Shown here: positions 39,975 to 54,235 of the stretch, piece after piece
How positions within the stretch are numbered: the stretch's first letter is position 1
How the letters are laid out: each line of letters begins with the position of its first letter
DNA from: Octopus sinensis
Lineage: Eukaryota
Assembly (NCBI RefSeq): GCF_006345805.1
Contig: NC_043006.1
Coordinates: forward strand, 8,246,001 to 8,310,000
Direction: 5' to 3'
Length of the DNA stretch: 64,000 nucleotides
The notes under the pieces: generated by a model
The model's input: the letters and a program-made list of their open reading frames with translations, nothing else
What the model was told of the DNA's origin: nothing
Database searches by the model: none
Made by a program: the position numbers and the translations under genes

Positions 39975-40195
39975 TAGGAAGAACACTTTTCTATGTCCCT
40001 GACATAAGCACAGGGCCAGTAAATTTTAGAAGAAGAAGCTTGTTAATATCATCGACTTTATTACTTGACAAGTGCTTAAAGTTATTGAGCCTGAAAAGAT
40101 AAAAGGCAAAGTTAATCTCGGCGGGACGTGAAGTTAGTTCATAAAATGTAGGAAACACTGCAAGAGATTTTACCCTGGCGCCTAAGAGACGCACG
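39975..40195 (-). mobile_element. Old SINE family B-like copy
   Basis: aaaggcaaagttaatctcggcgg. Confidence 0.55.
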
Positions 40196-40899
40196 GAGAG
40201 AGTTCACATTTATTCAGTTTTCACCTCCCTGACTCCCTGCAGGACTGTCTGCCTGATAGTGTTGCTTCGAATCTTCAGCTGCAGCAACCCAATGCGCCTT
40301 AGTAATAAGATCTGGCAAAAGAGCGGCACGATAGCGAAACAAGTTTTTTGTAGAAACGTCGATAGGCTATACTCTCCAGTATGGACAGATATTACCCTGT
40401 TATGTGGTAATACATCGCCGAACCGATTTAGAATTAATCACATCGGTCCCACTTTACAAAAAGATCTTCCTAGAGAGCCATTTCTAGTCGCAACCTAATT
40501 CCGGTTCATCTTCATATGAAAAGAGTCCTCATTCCATCGACGGAGGCCATCGTCATGTAAAGCCAAGTCTTTCCATGTGCTGTGTTACAAGATTTTACAG
40601 AGTTAGAGCATATATCCATAATAGCCATCGCTCATCGAGAATTACCTTGACCACTTCTGACTCAGACACGTCCATTACTATTATATCGCTGTGGTCTCAG
40701 CATGAAAGGACGGTTCGCTTGTATCGATGTTCAATGGGTCTACCACTCAAGTTTTCCAAATTCCGTAGTAAAGACGCCTGCAGTAAACATAAATAACACA
40801 GCAAGAGAATCATTAGTGGACAGAAGTTAGTATACTAAAAGGTTCTGATGGTGACCATTTTGTTGGACATTGTAGTTAATCAAGATACTGAGTTAGAAA

Positions 40900-41230
40900 A
40901 AAAAACAAAAAAACAACGAGTATTTCCCCAAAAGCTACCTGGAATAGCCAGCTGGATCACTCGACCAACAATGATTATATTCGTGGCCTACATTGTATAT
41001 ATTCCGGTGAATATATATTACTACTTTGTACTTGAACTAACTTCCAAACAACTACTATGAAATATATACCACTAAAACATTGTTTGCTACGTAGTTGTTC
41101 GGTTATGTCACACCTTCCAGACGAAAGGCGTATCCGCTTCTCTCTGAAACGCCATATTTGGTCTTGATTGCTGCACACAGCGCCATAATGCATATTCTTA
41201 TTTTGTCAACAATGGCTTTTAATACAAAAA
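40900..41230 (-). mobile_element. Possible piggyBac transposase remnant
   Basis: IRICIMALCAAIKTKYG resembles YGIKIWALCDAKTKY; weak evidence. Confidence 0.3.
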
Positions 41231-41689
41231 CGTATAAAGCTAATCCGATATATTTTCCCAAAATTTTGTTAGAAATAAATTCTGAGTTAGGATTCTAACC
41301 AAAACGATGGTTTCATCTTCTATATTCCATATAGATTTTTCTTTATTTTCGTAACACCAGTAATAGAAACTTTGTAAGAAATGGAAAATTACTTTAATTT
41401 AGTTAAAATGGCTGAGTGAAGCATATCAAAAAGATATTTGAGAATTTATTCGATAAGGAATAAAAGAAAAAATTATGACAAACAAAAGATATATTACTTT
41501 GTTTCTTTTAAATGTAGAATTAGTTTTCTTGATTTGGAGACAGAGTTTCATTTATATTTTCTGTAGAAATTATCTTTCTATTTGTACGTTCTATTTTCAG
41601 AAACTTAACTTAATGCATACAATGGATTCATCGAGATAGAATTTGTTTAAGATTGCAACTAATATTACGCAAAATCCAGAATATCTGCG

Positions 41690-42108
<419 letters not shown>

Positions 42109-42728
42109 ACCCGCACTTATACACAAACATATATGTAAATCTGTACCTGCATTTCCAATGATAATATAAACAGGACATTTTTACGACTCCATACTGCAAT
42201 TTGCCATTTATGTCTAATGTTTATAGATAAATTTAAAAATCAATAGAAGGTTTAGGACAGAAAATTGCATGTTGCACAGAGAGAACTTGAACTCTGCGTA
42301 AGATTACAATTCCTCTGCTTTGGTTCCAATCCACCCGAAGCGATTTTTGGTTTTGTCTTTCATTTTTACTCTCTTTCGTTACGTTTTCTCAACGTTATCT
42401 TTTTGCCTTTTATTTCTTTCAGTCATTGGAGTGCGGCTAATATGCTTAGGCGACACCTTTAATGATTTAGTTGAACAAATCAACACTAGTACATTTTATA
42501 GTCCCGTACTCATTCTATCGATCTCCTTTTCCGAAACGCTATACTACGGTTGAGGTAAGCGGAGAAACACCAGGTGCCAGGCAATGGTGGCGGAGGTAGT
42601 GGTGGGGCAAAATAAATACTTTACTCTGCAGACTCAATCCTCGCTAAGGACTTCGGAGTACGAGTTCAAATTTGATCTCTACAAGGTATTTTCTCTTTCT
42701 TTATTTATTTCTCCTTCTCTCTTGTTAT

Positions 42729-42759
<31 letters not shown>

Positions 42760-42864
42760 CACACACACACACACACTTACATATTACATACATACATGCA
42801 TACATAATGCCTTAATAACAATAATGATAATTTACCTGTACAATAGGCACAATACCTGAATTGA

Positions 42865-43012
42865 GGAGAAAGATAGTCAATTACACCGGCCTATTATTCA
42901 ACAGGTACTTATCTTATTGACCCCGAACGGATGAAAGGCAAATTTGACCTCAGCGAATTTGAACTCAGAAGGTAAAGACAGACGCTGCTAAGCATTTTGC
43001 TAGGCATACTAA
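42865..43012 (-). mobile_element. SINE family B, partial
   Basis: ttgaccccgaacggatgaaaggcaaatttgacctcagcg. Confidence 0.75.
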
Positions 43013-43036
43013 CGATTCTGCAATCACCTGTTAAGG

Positions 43037-43108
<72 letters not shown>

Positions 43109-43109
<1 letters not shown>

Positions 43110-43593
43110 GGTCACAGAAAACGAGAAAGCAACCATACTCTGGGATATGCCGATACACACAGATAGAGAAATTAAGGAAACAGACCAGATATAGTTGTCA
43201 GAGATCATGAAGAAAAAAAATGCTTTCTAATTGATGTATCAATACCGGCTGATGACAACGTGTCTCTAAAAGAAATGGAGAAACTCTCAAAATACAAAGA
43301 CCTAGAAATAGAGGTAACTAGAATGTGGAATCTGAAAACAGAAACAATTCCTATCATAGTAGGTGCATTAGGCATGATAAAAAAATATTCAGACAAATAC
43401 ATAACAAAAACACCAGGACTTACAAACACATATAACATACAGAAAATTGCACTACTAGGCACTGCACACATCCTACGCAGAACACTTTCCATACAATAAC
43501 CATCAGAGCATCACAACAAATCACAGCACATACCCAAGGCACACAGAGCTGTGCTCGGTAGTGAAGTGAAAGCACGCTATAAAAATAAAACTA

Positions 43594-43596
<3 letters not shown>
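43109..43596 (+). mobile_element. Dong-like family 1 LINE, 5'-truncated, inside (TAA)n
   Basis: Near-identical to 19110-19600; (TAA)n at 43036-43108 and 43597-43676. Confidence 0.93.
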
Positions 43597-43675
<79 letters not shown>

Positions 43676-43699
43676 TTGATATTAATATTAATAAAAATA

Positions 43700-43895
43700 A
43701 TGATAATACTTTCTACTAAACGCACAAGGCCTGAAATTTCATCGACCCTAATATTTTACTGGTACTTAATTTATCCACTCCAAAACGATGGTAAGCAATG
43801 TCGACTTGGGTGGAATTCGAACACTTTCGCAAGGACGGACGAAACGCTGTTGAGCATTCTACCCGGCACGCTAACGATTCTAATTGCTCGTCGCC
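43700..43895 (-). mobile_element. SINE family B, diverged
   Basis: tcgaccctaatattttactggtacttaatttatcc. Confidence 0.7.
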
Positions 43896-43914
43896 GAATG
43901 ATAATAATAATAAT

Positions 43915-43975
<61 letters not shown>

Positions 43976-44454
43976 TAATAATAATAATAATAATAATAAT
44001 GATAATAATGATAATAATAATGATAATAATAATGATAATAATAATAATAATGTAATCGAATCAACATAATTAGCCTTTGCCTCACCAAACGCATTCATTC
44101 TATTTAGTTCATATTTATTCTGCTACTTTAATTCCTGTTATCCATTGATAGAGTCCGGTTATGGAATTCTACAATGGAACATAATGGACTTCGTTGTGTT
44201 TACAGAAGCCTGACTGAAAATATACTCAGGAGCACTTGTTACTCAAGTAATCCCAGACATTATGCAAATAAAGTGAATTGTTTGAATAAAAGAGGGGTGT
44301 GATAGTGCGTTATAAGAGAAAACCGAAATATAAAAGCGGGTTCTTGTTAGACAACTTTGGTTGATTGATGCAGTCGTTTAATAGTTTGTAACACATAATC
44401 AGATGTATGTTGAGGCGTTAAGTCAAAAATAAGAGGAAACAACTATTTATTAGT

Positions 44455-45050
44455 CAAAGCTGTGGTTTCGTGTTCCATCTCATTGCTGCGCGCCTTGGGC
44501 AAGAATCTTTTACTATAGGCCAGGCCGACAATTGCCTTGTGAGTGAATTTAGTGGACGGAAACCTTGTGGAAGCCCATCGTGTATACATATGTGTGTGCG
44601 ATTACGAGTATTCGTGTGTTTTTGTCTTTGTCCGCTGGCCCTGTCTGCTTGAAGACCATGTTGTTGTTTCTTTACATCCCCGTAACTTCACTTTCTTTTG
44701 TACATTTTTAGAATAAGTACCATAATACTGAATCCTTTAATAGATTCTCTTCACCACAACAGAAAAAGTTTCCTAGCATGGCCGCAGTCCAATGAGTGAA
44801 ACAAGTACAGGTTTGTGGAGTTTAAATAATGCCAAGTATGATATGATTTCATGTAATTATATATTTTATCTTGTACTTGTTTCAGTCACTTGACTGCTCC
44901 CATGGATGGACACCGCCTTGAATTTTTAGTCGAATGAATCGACCCCCACTTTCAAGTCCGGTATTTCTATTGGTGCCTTTGCCGAACCACTAATTTATGG
45001 GGAGGCAGACACACCAACACCGATTGTCAAGTGGTGGTGGTAGCAAAAAG
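44455..45050. mobile_element. Two old SINE A copies tail-to-tail (+ then -)
   Basis: ccttgggcaag..ctagcatggccgcag..gaaacaagtac, then gtacttgtttcagtcacttgactgc. Confidence 0.7.
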
Positions 45051-45109
45051 AGAGACCGAAAGACATATACATAGATCGATATACATAGTTGCCTTTGTCG
45101 TGACAAGAC

Positions 45110-47485
45110 GTATTCTTCATTGCTCTGGCCACTCAGTCGCCAAAGAAACAGATTTCAACTCAGACCAACAGTAACTTTCCTTGTTTTTAGTCCCAGAAAC
45201 CACGAATTCTATTTTACTATCATCGGAGGATAAATCTACACAAGTAGATATATACCACCTGGAGAAACAAGTATAAACCAACAATGCCTTCGATAAACTA
45301 AACTCAGGATTAGTTCTAAAATTAATATCAACAAACCACTCTAGCTCCATTCACAGTATTTCAGTTGAAAAAACTTTTCTCTCAGACCACGACATGATAT
45401 GATACTCTGCAATTTTAATTTTCAGCATATCAAAACTAAGTTATGCAATCCTACACCGCTGCAATTATTTGACAACATAAACTTCCACAAAGCGGACTGG
45501 GGAGCAATCAGAAAGGATCTGTCCTTTATCGACTGGTCCTTCACTTCAGTTCCACTGACATTGAAAACACATGGTAGCGCTTAGAGAACATTGTCACTTA
45601 TACATGCTCAAACACGCTCATATGTAATCCACTAACACAAACATAAACAGGCGCCCTAGAGAGAGAAAAAAAAACACTCATCTGGCGCATCAAAATACTT
45701 AATAAAAAAATCAACCAATTAATATGCTCCCACATGCGACATCTACATTCAACACCAATGAAAAGGCTGCAGTTGGAAAAACTTCATCTACAGACCAACA
45801 TGAAAACGCGCATTAAAAATCAAAGGGCTGCAGAGAAACAGTGGGTAATCAATAAAATCAAACAGAACCCAAAATTGTTCTATTCATATGCAAATAAGCA
45901 TAGGACCGCTGTCTCACCCGTAGGTCCAGTGATAACGCCATTCCCCAACACGATGCTAAAGAAATGACAAGAAGTACTGCCAAAACAATACTGTTCTGTC
46001 TTTAGCGATCCCACTAATAAGGACGTAAGAGATGTGAACGAAGTCGATTCCCAACATATTATCACGGACATACCATTCAATGCATCAGGCATCATAGCAG
46101 TAATAAATGAGATCAAATACGATTCTGATGTAAGCCTTGATAGATTCCCCACTACTCTCCTCAAGGAATGTAGACATCAACTTTCAGTCCCTCTGGCCAA
46201 CCTCTGGATAAATTATTTAGACACAGATTATATACCGAAACAGCTCTTATCCAAGTCTGTCATCCCGGTTTTTGAAACAGGGATACAGATCTCTCGCAGT
46301 CAATTATCGTCCAATCTCACTCATCTCTCGTATCATTAAAGTGTTTGGGAGGGTGAGATCAAGGGTAGCTGGCTTCCTGGAGAGCGGCAAACTCATAAAT
46401 CCAAACCAGCATTGCTTTCGCTGCAGCAGAAATTGTCTAAATTAGCTCTTACACCACATCGATGATATACTCAAAACCTTGGGATCAGGTTCGAACCCTG
46501 ATGTCATATATCTTGATTTCAGGAAAGCGTTTGACAGAGTTTACCATAATATTGTACTGTCAAAATTGTTACATATTGGAATCCGTGGAAAACTTCTACA
46601 CAAGTTCAGTATTTCCTGGAGAACAGAGTAGAACATGTGTTCGGTGGAATCCACCCAATCCCAGCAAAGGTCACTAGTGGCGACCCTCAGGGGACTGACT
46701 TGGGCCCGCTCCTCTATATAGTTTATATAAACAACTTCTCCAGCGTCATAAAACACATAAAGTGAAAATATTTCCTGATGACTCTAAGATCCAGAAAAGT
46801 GTCAATGAAGAAGACCGCTCCTATATCCTAAGAACCTTCCAGTCCAGAGAACAAGGTGTCATAATTCCTCTCTTCTCTTTTGTACGGCCACACCTCGAAT
46901 ACCGCTGCCCCCAGTGGTCTCTCAATACAAAACAAAGCATCTCGAAAATCGAATCACCTCAGAGGTCATTCACTAAAAGAATTAAGGGCATGACTGATCT
47001 CGATTATCGGGACCGCCTTAAAGCATTGAAACTCTATTCTCTCTAGCGCTGCCTTGGGCGATACATCATTTGCACGATGTGAAGAATATACCACCACCAT
47101 TGCCCAAACGACCTCAACATTTACTTCAAAATTCATCCAAGGCGAGATCACAATTCAGGATCCTACCCAATTCAGGATCACAACATATAAACACAACTTC
47201 ATTTCCTCAACAAGCGCTGCCCTATTTAACATAGTCCCGAAACAGATCAAAGTGGAAAAGGGTCTCATTACCTTTAAACGGAATCTGGACAAATTTTTTC
47301 AAGAGATACCGGATAAGACACCTACACCTGGATACAACTCACTCAACAAGAACTCCCTACGAGAATGGACCATAAACAAAACTTGACTTAAAAAGGATTT
47401 AGCTACTTCTATCAGGTGGTGCTATTAAGTTAGACATGGCATGGACCAATCTCTGGTCGAAGCATATCTAAGTTATTTAAGTTAT
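45110..47485 (+). mobile_element. CR1/L2-group LINE, decayed, with internal deletion
   Basis: LSDHDMI (APE end), NYRPISL, LDFRKAFD, PQGTDLGPLL, FPDDSKI, VRPHLEY and LKLYSL motifs. Confidence 0.88.
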
Positions 47486-47488
47486 ATA

Positions 47489-47555
<67 letters not shown>

Positions 47556-47582
47556 ACATATATATATATATACATACATATC

Positions 47583-47657
<75 letters not shown>

Positions 47658-47689
47658 GTATGTTTGTATACAACTTGTTTCTTTCAGGC

Positions 47690-47778
47690 TTTAAGGCTTT
47701 AGTCAGCCCGAGATTAGTAGAAAACACTTACCCCAGGTGTCACGCAATGGAACTGAAACCAGAACTATGTGGTTGGGG
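47690..47778 (-). mobile_element. SINE family A head fragment
   Basis: caggtgtcacgcaatggaactgaaaccagaactatgtgg. Confidence 0.65.
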
Positions 47779-48179
47779 AAGCATGACATACATGCATACA
47801 TACATACATACATGCATACATACAGGCGTGCATACATGCATACAACATACATACATACATACAACATAGATAGATTCATAACTTCTCTAATCCACCTTTG
47901 TGCAAGGAAATTAATTACTGGTCTTTATATCCAACAATATTGTCCCTTGAGAGTTTCGGCGATATTTACGGTTTTCTAATTAACAAATGTGAAAGTTGAT
48001 TTCAAATAGAATGTAGAATTTCTGTACCGCTTTACTAATCTATTGAAACCAATGTTGCAATATTTAAATTGATAGTCATCGTCTGAAGTAAGCAATTAGG
48101 CTTAAAGACAAATTCCATAGCATAATTACATCAAAGTGAAGCCTACACATTGTTGCATATATAGATAGCATGTGGTATC

Positions 48180-48214
48180 GTTACTGCAGCAGTAGCTGCT
48201 GCTGCTGCTGCTGT

Positions 48215-48265
<51 letters not shown>

Positions 48266-48333
48266 ACTACTACTACTACTACTAACACTTCTACTACTAC
48301 TACTACTAACACTTCTACTACTACTACTACTAA

Positions 48334-48385
<52 letters not shown>
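48180..48385. repeat. (CTG)n to (CTA)n microsatellite with a 21-bp higher-order unit
   Basis: Direct reading; actaacact interruption occurs three times. Confidence 0.95.
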
Positions 48386-48389
48386 GCCG

Positions 48390-48990
48390 CAAGTATTTAG
48401 CTTTCAAAAACAACTTTGCTTCTCTACCTGATTCAGCCAAACTAAAAAAAATATGAATGCCTCGTATATGTCAAGTGGTCCAACCGTGTGCAAAGCGGAA
48501 ATCTTGGTGTCGCTGTTAGTTACTACACATATGTCCAGGATCTTAATATCAGTAAAGGGGGGAGGGGCTAACTGAAGCCGTTTTATTATGTAAATTTATT
48601 CACTGCAGTTTTTGGCACCGACATTTTGGTTAGTCAATATGTGAAAGTTGTAAGATTGCATCTACGAAAACCCACAGAATTCCGATTGCTGTATCCACAA
48701 ATGCGTTCAGCGGTATACGAAGGTCCACTTTCAAATTGAAGTAATCCCACTTCACATCGCACTTTCAACATCAATTACGCTGTAACAGAAATCTTTTTCT
48801 TTTTCTGTCTTTCTTTTTTTGTCTTTGCCCAGTAAGTGTTATTTCCTATTTGTTTCTATCTAGATTCAGAGTAATTTACTGTTATTCCCATTAAACTTAG
48901 CTTTTGCGACCTGGACATCAATATTTTGAAACTGACCTGTTTTTCATTACATTTGAGACATATTCTACTCAATATCACTAATTTGCTTTT
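48390..48990 (-). mobile_element. Decayed CR1-like RT fragment
   Basis: KILDICVVTNSD (cf. KDLGV) segment. Confidence 0.4.
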
Positions 48991-48999
48991 CAATTACTT

Positions 49000-49115
49000 A
49001 ACCATAACTTAAGTATGTCTCTTAGTGGCTGACAATACGTACATCTCTGATCATGAAAAGTAGTGGTCGAGCATCATAGCCATGTGTTGAGGGGTGTCTT
49101 TGAGGTTTGAATAAA
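49000..49115 (+). mobile_element. Fragment of the 3328-3882 non-coding repeat
   Basis: cttagtggctgacaatacgtacatctctgatca..gagcatcatagccatgtgttgag. Confidence 0.75.
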
Positions 49116-49244
49116 TGTAACAAAGGCAAAGTTTAGCGTAAATATGAGCCATTTTTCATACTTTCTAAGGGTAAGCAAATAGGAAATAATAGTTGCTACC
49201 CAAGGACAAACATCGTGTTATACAGTGTCATATATGCCGCCTGT

Positions 49245-49631
49245 GTGGAGGCGCAATGGCCCAGTGGTTAGGGCAGCGGACTCGCGGTCATAGGATTGCG
49301 GTTTCGATTCCCAGACTGGGCGTTGTGAGTGTTTATTGAGCGAAAACACCTAAAAGCTCCACGTGCTCCGGCAGGGGATGGTGATGATCTCTGCTGTACT
49401 CTTTCACTACAACTTTCTCTCACTCTTACTTCCTGTTTCTGTTGTACCTGTATTTCAAAGGGCCGGCCTTGTCCCTCTCTGTGTCACGCTGAATATCCCC
49501 GAGAACTACGTTAATGGTACACGTGTCTGTGGAGTGCTCAGCCACTTACACGTTAATTTCACGAGCAGGCTGTTCCGTTGATCGGATCAACCGGAACCCT
49601 CGTCGTCGGAACCGACGGAGTGCTTCCATCC
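49245..49631 (+). mobile_element. SINE family D (tRNA-like head)
   Basis: ggcgcaatggcccagtggttagggcagcggactc..ggtttcgattccc; very similar to the 54236 copy. Confidence 0.92.
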
Positions 49632-49737
49632 ACTACTAAACCGATAAAATGTATTATTTTTATCTGAGTCGCTGTTTCAAACAAAATAAATTGCACTTCT
49701 TTCTTGAAACGATTTTCGGATTAACATTATATTACTG

Positions 49738-50022
49738 TTGTGTCTGGAGAGAGTCATTTTCTTTTTGTGCCTTATTATTTAACACACTCACCGGTAAAAT
49801 TTCCACTTTTTTCTTATTTTTATTTTCTTAAAATTTTCGTTGCGTCTTGCAAACTTTTTCAATAGTTTTGACTCTCAAAAAATCTATTGAAAACTATTGA
49901 AAAAGGTTGCAAGACGCAACGAAAATTTTAGAAAAATAAGAATAAGAAAAAAAGTGGAAATTTTACCGGTGAGTGTGTTAAATAATAAGTCACAAAAAGA
50001 AAATGACTCTCCCCAGACACAA
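49738..50022. repeat. Inverted repeat, about 132-bp arms with a 20-nt spacer
   Basis: ttgtgtctgg...caatagtttt / aaaactattg...ccagacacaa. Confidence 0.92.
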
Positions 50023-50734
50023 TAGAATATGTGTCAACACACGAACTCATATAAAGTATCTTGCAAATCAAATCCAAAAACGAAATGATATTACGGTCTC
50101 TTCCTTAAAATATTTCTGGTTAAATGCTATATAAGTGTGTGCCCTATGAAGCACTTGAAGCCCTTACCATATAATAGTTTCATAATTTTCGTTTACTACT
50201 CTCGCTAGTATACATTAATATATCAACATATTTGATAAAATAATACCGTTATTTTTCAAAACTTCACTAGTTAGGTTGTATCATTTTGGAAGGAACTATA
50301 GCTTACATGAAAACTTAAGTATATGTTAATGAGATATGGATAGCATATGGTAGATTTGGTAACATTATGGAAAAGAGCTGAAATTAATATGATACGTGAC
50401 AGGAATAGCATATTAAATATATATTTATTATTGTGTTACATATCTAAAAACTGGGAAGCGGATTAATAAATATGCTTACATATGAGAACATTTTGAGTTA
50501 ATTCAATTCAGTTCAATCTAGTATTGAGAAAGGACCACTTAACCAAAACACCTTGAATTCTAATGTTACAATCTACCTAATTTAATGCAGCTCCGGGAAA
50601 CAATATTATTAGAGACTGCTAGGTGAGATCTAAGGTCACCTGTAGCCCAATGGTAGAAATTTTTATCAACAGTCTAATCTGTTGTGCTTATATGAAATAA
50701 CAATATCAACAATAACAATACTAATAACAATAAT

Positions 50735-51240
50735 AGTGAGCACAAACTACAGAGAGTGGTGGAGTCGGAGACTAGCAAAATCCTCTTGGATATCCCAATC
50801 CAAACAGATCAGGTGCTAGAGCATAACAGACTGAACCTAGTGGTGGTGTGCAAGGCGCACCATCTATGCTATATATTTGTTGTTGCATGCTCCTTTGACC
50901 CACAGATGGTCAAGAAGGAAGGCAAAAATGTAGATAAATAGAACCCAATTCAGTACGAAATAGCCTGGGTATGGAAAATGAAGGTGAAATTAGCACCAAT
51001 TATTGTTGGATCCTTGAGATCAGTATCAGGAGCTATCAAGAGGAATATAAAGGAAAATGGTATTGTGTGCCCAGAAGAACTGTTACAAAATTACTCCTTA
51101 GCACCGCAGAATAATCAAAATGGTATTAACTGAAAAGAGCCGTAACTAACATGATGCCGTAGGCTGCAGGTAGCAAGCCTTCTACACATGCAAGACTCCA
51201 GGAGCGTCAACGAAGCCTGTGATAAAGAGAAATAGCAGTA
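50735..51240 (+). mobile_element. Dong-like family 5 LINE 3' end
   Basis: ILLDIPIQTDQVLEHNR, VACSFDP, KEGKNVDK and APIIVGSL motifs; AAT/AAC repeats flank. Confidence 0.75.
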
Positions 51241-51389
51241 ATAATAAAAAATTTTGATAAACTGACATCTAATAACACGACCCAACTTGATCATAACACC
51301 TCTATCGAGAACTTGGACTAAGAAGGCTTTTATACGTATCTTTGGATACACGAAGGGAAATGGAAATAATAATAATAATAATAATAATA

Positions 51390-51440
<51 letters not shown>

Positions 51441-51469
51441 TAACATTAATAATGATGATGATGATGGTG

Positions 51470-52020
51470 ATTTCATTTATCTGCCCCACGGCAGATGTGC
51501 AGGGCAAGACAAAGACAAACACAAAGTGAGAGGATCTACATATAATGAAATGATAAAAAGTAGCTAAGTATATACGGTATACAATGAATGATAGAGATGT
51601 AGCCTTCCTGTTCCAACATGTCCTCTATTGATAATCAAGGAACCCCACATTACGAGGACACCCTGAACAGCAAGAGCATGTGCCCCTTCCGATTCCCTTC
51701 CTCAAACTCATAGGTCTACACTTAAAGAGGTGCCCTCCACTCTTGTCATTTTCGCAACTTCAACCTACCTTTCAGTAAACTTACTCGAGGACAGCACTTG
51801 GCTCACCACCCTCAATTTCCTTTTCAAGTGAAACTTGAAGAGGTCAATGATATCTCAACGAAATAAGAAAGTATCTGTCCTCATGTCTTTCAGCCTTGTC
51901 CACCAAACAGACTGCTCGATTTAATGAGGGCGGCGGGGCAATCGTCATTATGGATTCGGCCAATACACGGATCTGCCCCACATGAGACAGCAGCTGTTCG
52001 GCATAACCCCACGAGTCGGC
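51470..52020 (-). mobile_element. Tx1-like LINE 3' end, decayed
   Basis: LAESIMTIAPPPSL segment and downstream similarity. Confidence 0.5.
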
Positions 52021-52660
52021 AATGCAATACCAAGCACTGGCTCTCATGGCTTGTGATCTTAACTGATTGAAACTGTTATCTTGTACATGTTTCGTTTTGG
52101 TGTAAAAGATGAGCAACAGCAGATATTCTGATTAATACTAGATTTGCTTGTCAGTTGGTTGACCGTGACCAGTTGTGCATGTCCCTTGGTGGCCAACAAC
52201 ATATGTATCTCTTATCATGAACAGGAGTAGTTGGAGAACATTAAGGACATGTGCTGAGAGGAATTCTTTGGGGGTGTGAATAATTCACCTCTGGAAACAT
52301 GTGCGTTTTATTCAACATCCTTACTCGGCTTGAAGAAAATTCTAACCGGACCCCACATGCAAGGTGGGAGAGAAGGCCGCGCCGTGAAGGCGCGGCGTAG
52401 GCGACGCGACGGAATGCAGCGGAGACCGCACGTTGAAGCCCTGACCCCCGTTAACCAAAGGCGCGACCGCGCACCGGCGCGAAACGAGTTGCCTGCGGCA
52501 GCGACGGCCGGAAAGGCGCCCGGGATGCCGAGTCCGACGCCAACGCTACAGCCCCGTACCGTCCGCCGCTTCGCGTGAAGACGTGTTCCGGCGCCCGGCG
52601 GCTCGACGCCGAGCGAACTGTTATTCTTGATATCAGATCAACATGTCGCTACCCATGAAC
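52021..52660 (+). mobile_element. Copy of the 3328-3882 repeat carrying a GC-rich insert
   Basis: tgcaataccaagcactggctctcatggc...aattcacctctggaaacatg...ttcttgatatcagatc. Confidence 0.85.
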
Positions 52661-52689
52661 AAGTTAGCAGCAACAGTAATAAAATGAAT

Positions 52690-53570
52690 GACAAACAACA
52701 GTTCTGAAGCTGCAGACAAAAGGGGGAATAGTAAAACCGTTCCTATTAGAAGAGGAATATTCCAAGGATAGTCGCTCTCTCCACTCATTCACTCCTTTTG
52801 TGTTTGGTACTGGCGCTTTTAACCCCGACATGCTGAGAAAACTGGATGCAGATACAACTCCTATAGTAAAACACTCTACCATCTATTGTGGAAGCATGAT
52901 CTAAACTGTATGCAGCAAAAGATAAACAACTCGAAACATTACTGCACGTAATGCATGTCTTTATCAAAGAAATATATATGAAATTCAGCGTAAAAGAATC
53001 TGCCAAAACAACTTGAAAAGAGAGAAACTAGCTAAAAATAAGAATATCACACTAGATAAAGAAAATGAAATAAGAGCATTAGACAAAAAAAGAAATCAAA
53101 CAGGCATACAAATTCTTAGGAATCAACGATGTCGATACGGTACACACAAATAAAGAGAAGATAAGGAAGAAATGCTATAGACGAGTAAGATTAATAGTTA
53201 TGTGCGAGAAGGGAAAAAAGCCTTCTAATCGACATATCAATCCCAGCAGATGACAATGTATCTCTAAAAGATAGGGAGAAATTCACGAAATACAAAGATC
53301 CGGAAACAGAGATACGGCAAATATGGAGCCTAAAAATATAATCATTCCCTATAATGATGGGTGCATTAGGTATGTTTCAAAAAACATACAAGCAAATACA
53401 TAACTAAAATACAAAGACATACGAAGATATGTAAAGATACAGAGAACAGCACTGCAAGGCACCGCACACATCATACGTAAATCACTTTTTATACAGTGAA
53501 AATAACGACACCAAAACAAACCACAGCTCCTACGCAAGACACGTTGAGCTGTGTTTCTTCGGGCAGAGAA
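52690..53570 (+). mobile_element. Dong-like LINE, RT fragment joined to the 3' end
   Basis: VPIRRGIFQG, DLKLYAAKD and LQGTAHIIRKSL motifs; related to the 2481 copy. Confidence 0.75.
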
Positions 53571-54036
53571 AGCATTCGGTTTAAATAATACTATTAAATA
53601 ATAAAACTATCCGATAATATGCTTCCTGTGCTAAACCATGGAGTCTGTATCAGTGTGATAAATTCATGAATCAAAACAAGGACAACAATATAAACAATAA
53701 CATATGTATTTATTCTCAATGGCAGATTTTCACGTGAATCTCTGATCACTGTTTTTTTTTCATCATTGGAAAACATGTGCATCCTTTACGAGATTTCTGT
53801 TCATAATAGAGTCTATTTTCCACGTTGTTTCGACTTTATTGACTCTTTTTTCTGTCAAAATTACCCTTTCCAACAAATTGCACAAAATTACAGGCTCTTC
53901 TTTATAGATTTCAACAAATGGGTTATTTGCTGATGTGAAGAGAGTAGCGAAGATAGTTCGATTTCAATAGAATTATCCTTGGATGAAAGGAACACGGAAT
54001 TTTCAAGACATTTATGAGGAAAGCAATATACATATA

Positions 54037-54084
54037 GTCTTACAGCTGTTTCTGAGATATTATGGATATCCCTTCATCAGAGAC
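54037..54084 (-). ncRNA. Type-I hammerhead ribozyme motif
   Basis: gucu-CUGAUGA-a-gggauau(ccaua)auaucuc-a-GAAA-c(agcu)g-UA-agac. Confidence 0.72.
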
Positions 54085-54235
54085 GATGTGAGATGGTTAA
54101 ATAGAGGTAAATATTTGAGTTGGAAATAAGGAATTATTCTAGAAAAGAAGGAGATGGGCAATAATATAAGACATTGTAGATGCAGTTCCATTAAAATGGT
54201 AAAAAATGTTTCATGTACATGGTATTTAAGTTCCA

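Noticed and set aside
40200-40830. Coding-like composition, possible Gypsy remnant
   Set aside because: No convincing integrase or RT motif in any frame.
49245-49320. tRNA-like sequences (also 54236, 12077, 10321)
   Set aside because: These are SINE heads continuing into SINE bodies; one copy has a TSD; no complete cloverleaf is evident.
52276-52578. 100-aa Arg/Ala/Pro-rich ORF
   Set aside because: It spans a repeat-insert junction, and its composition simply reflects high GC.
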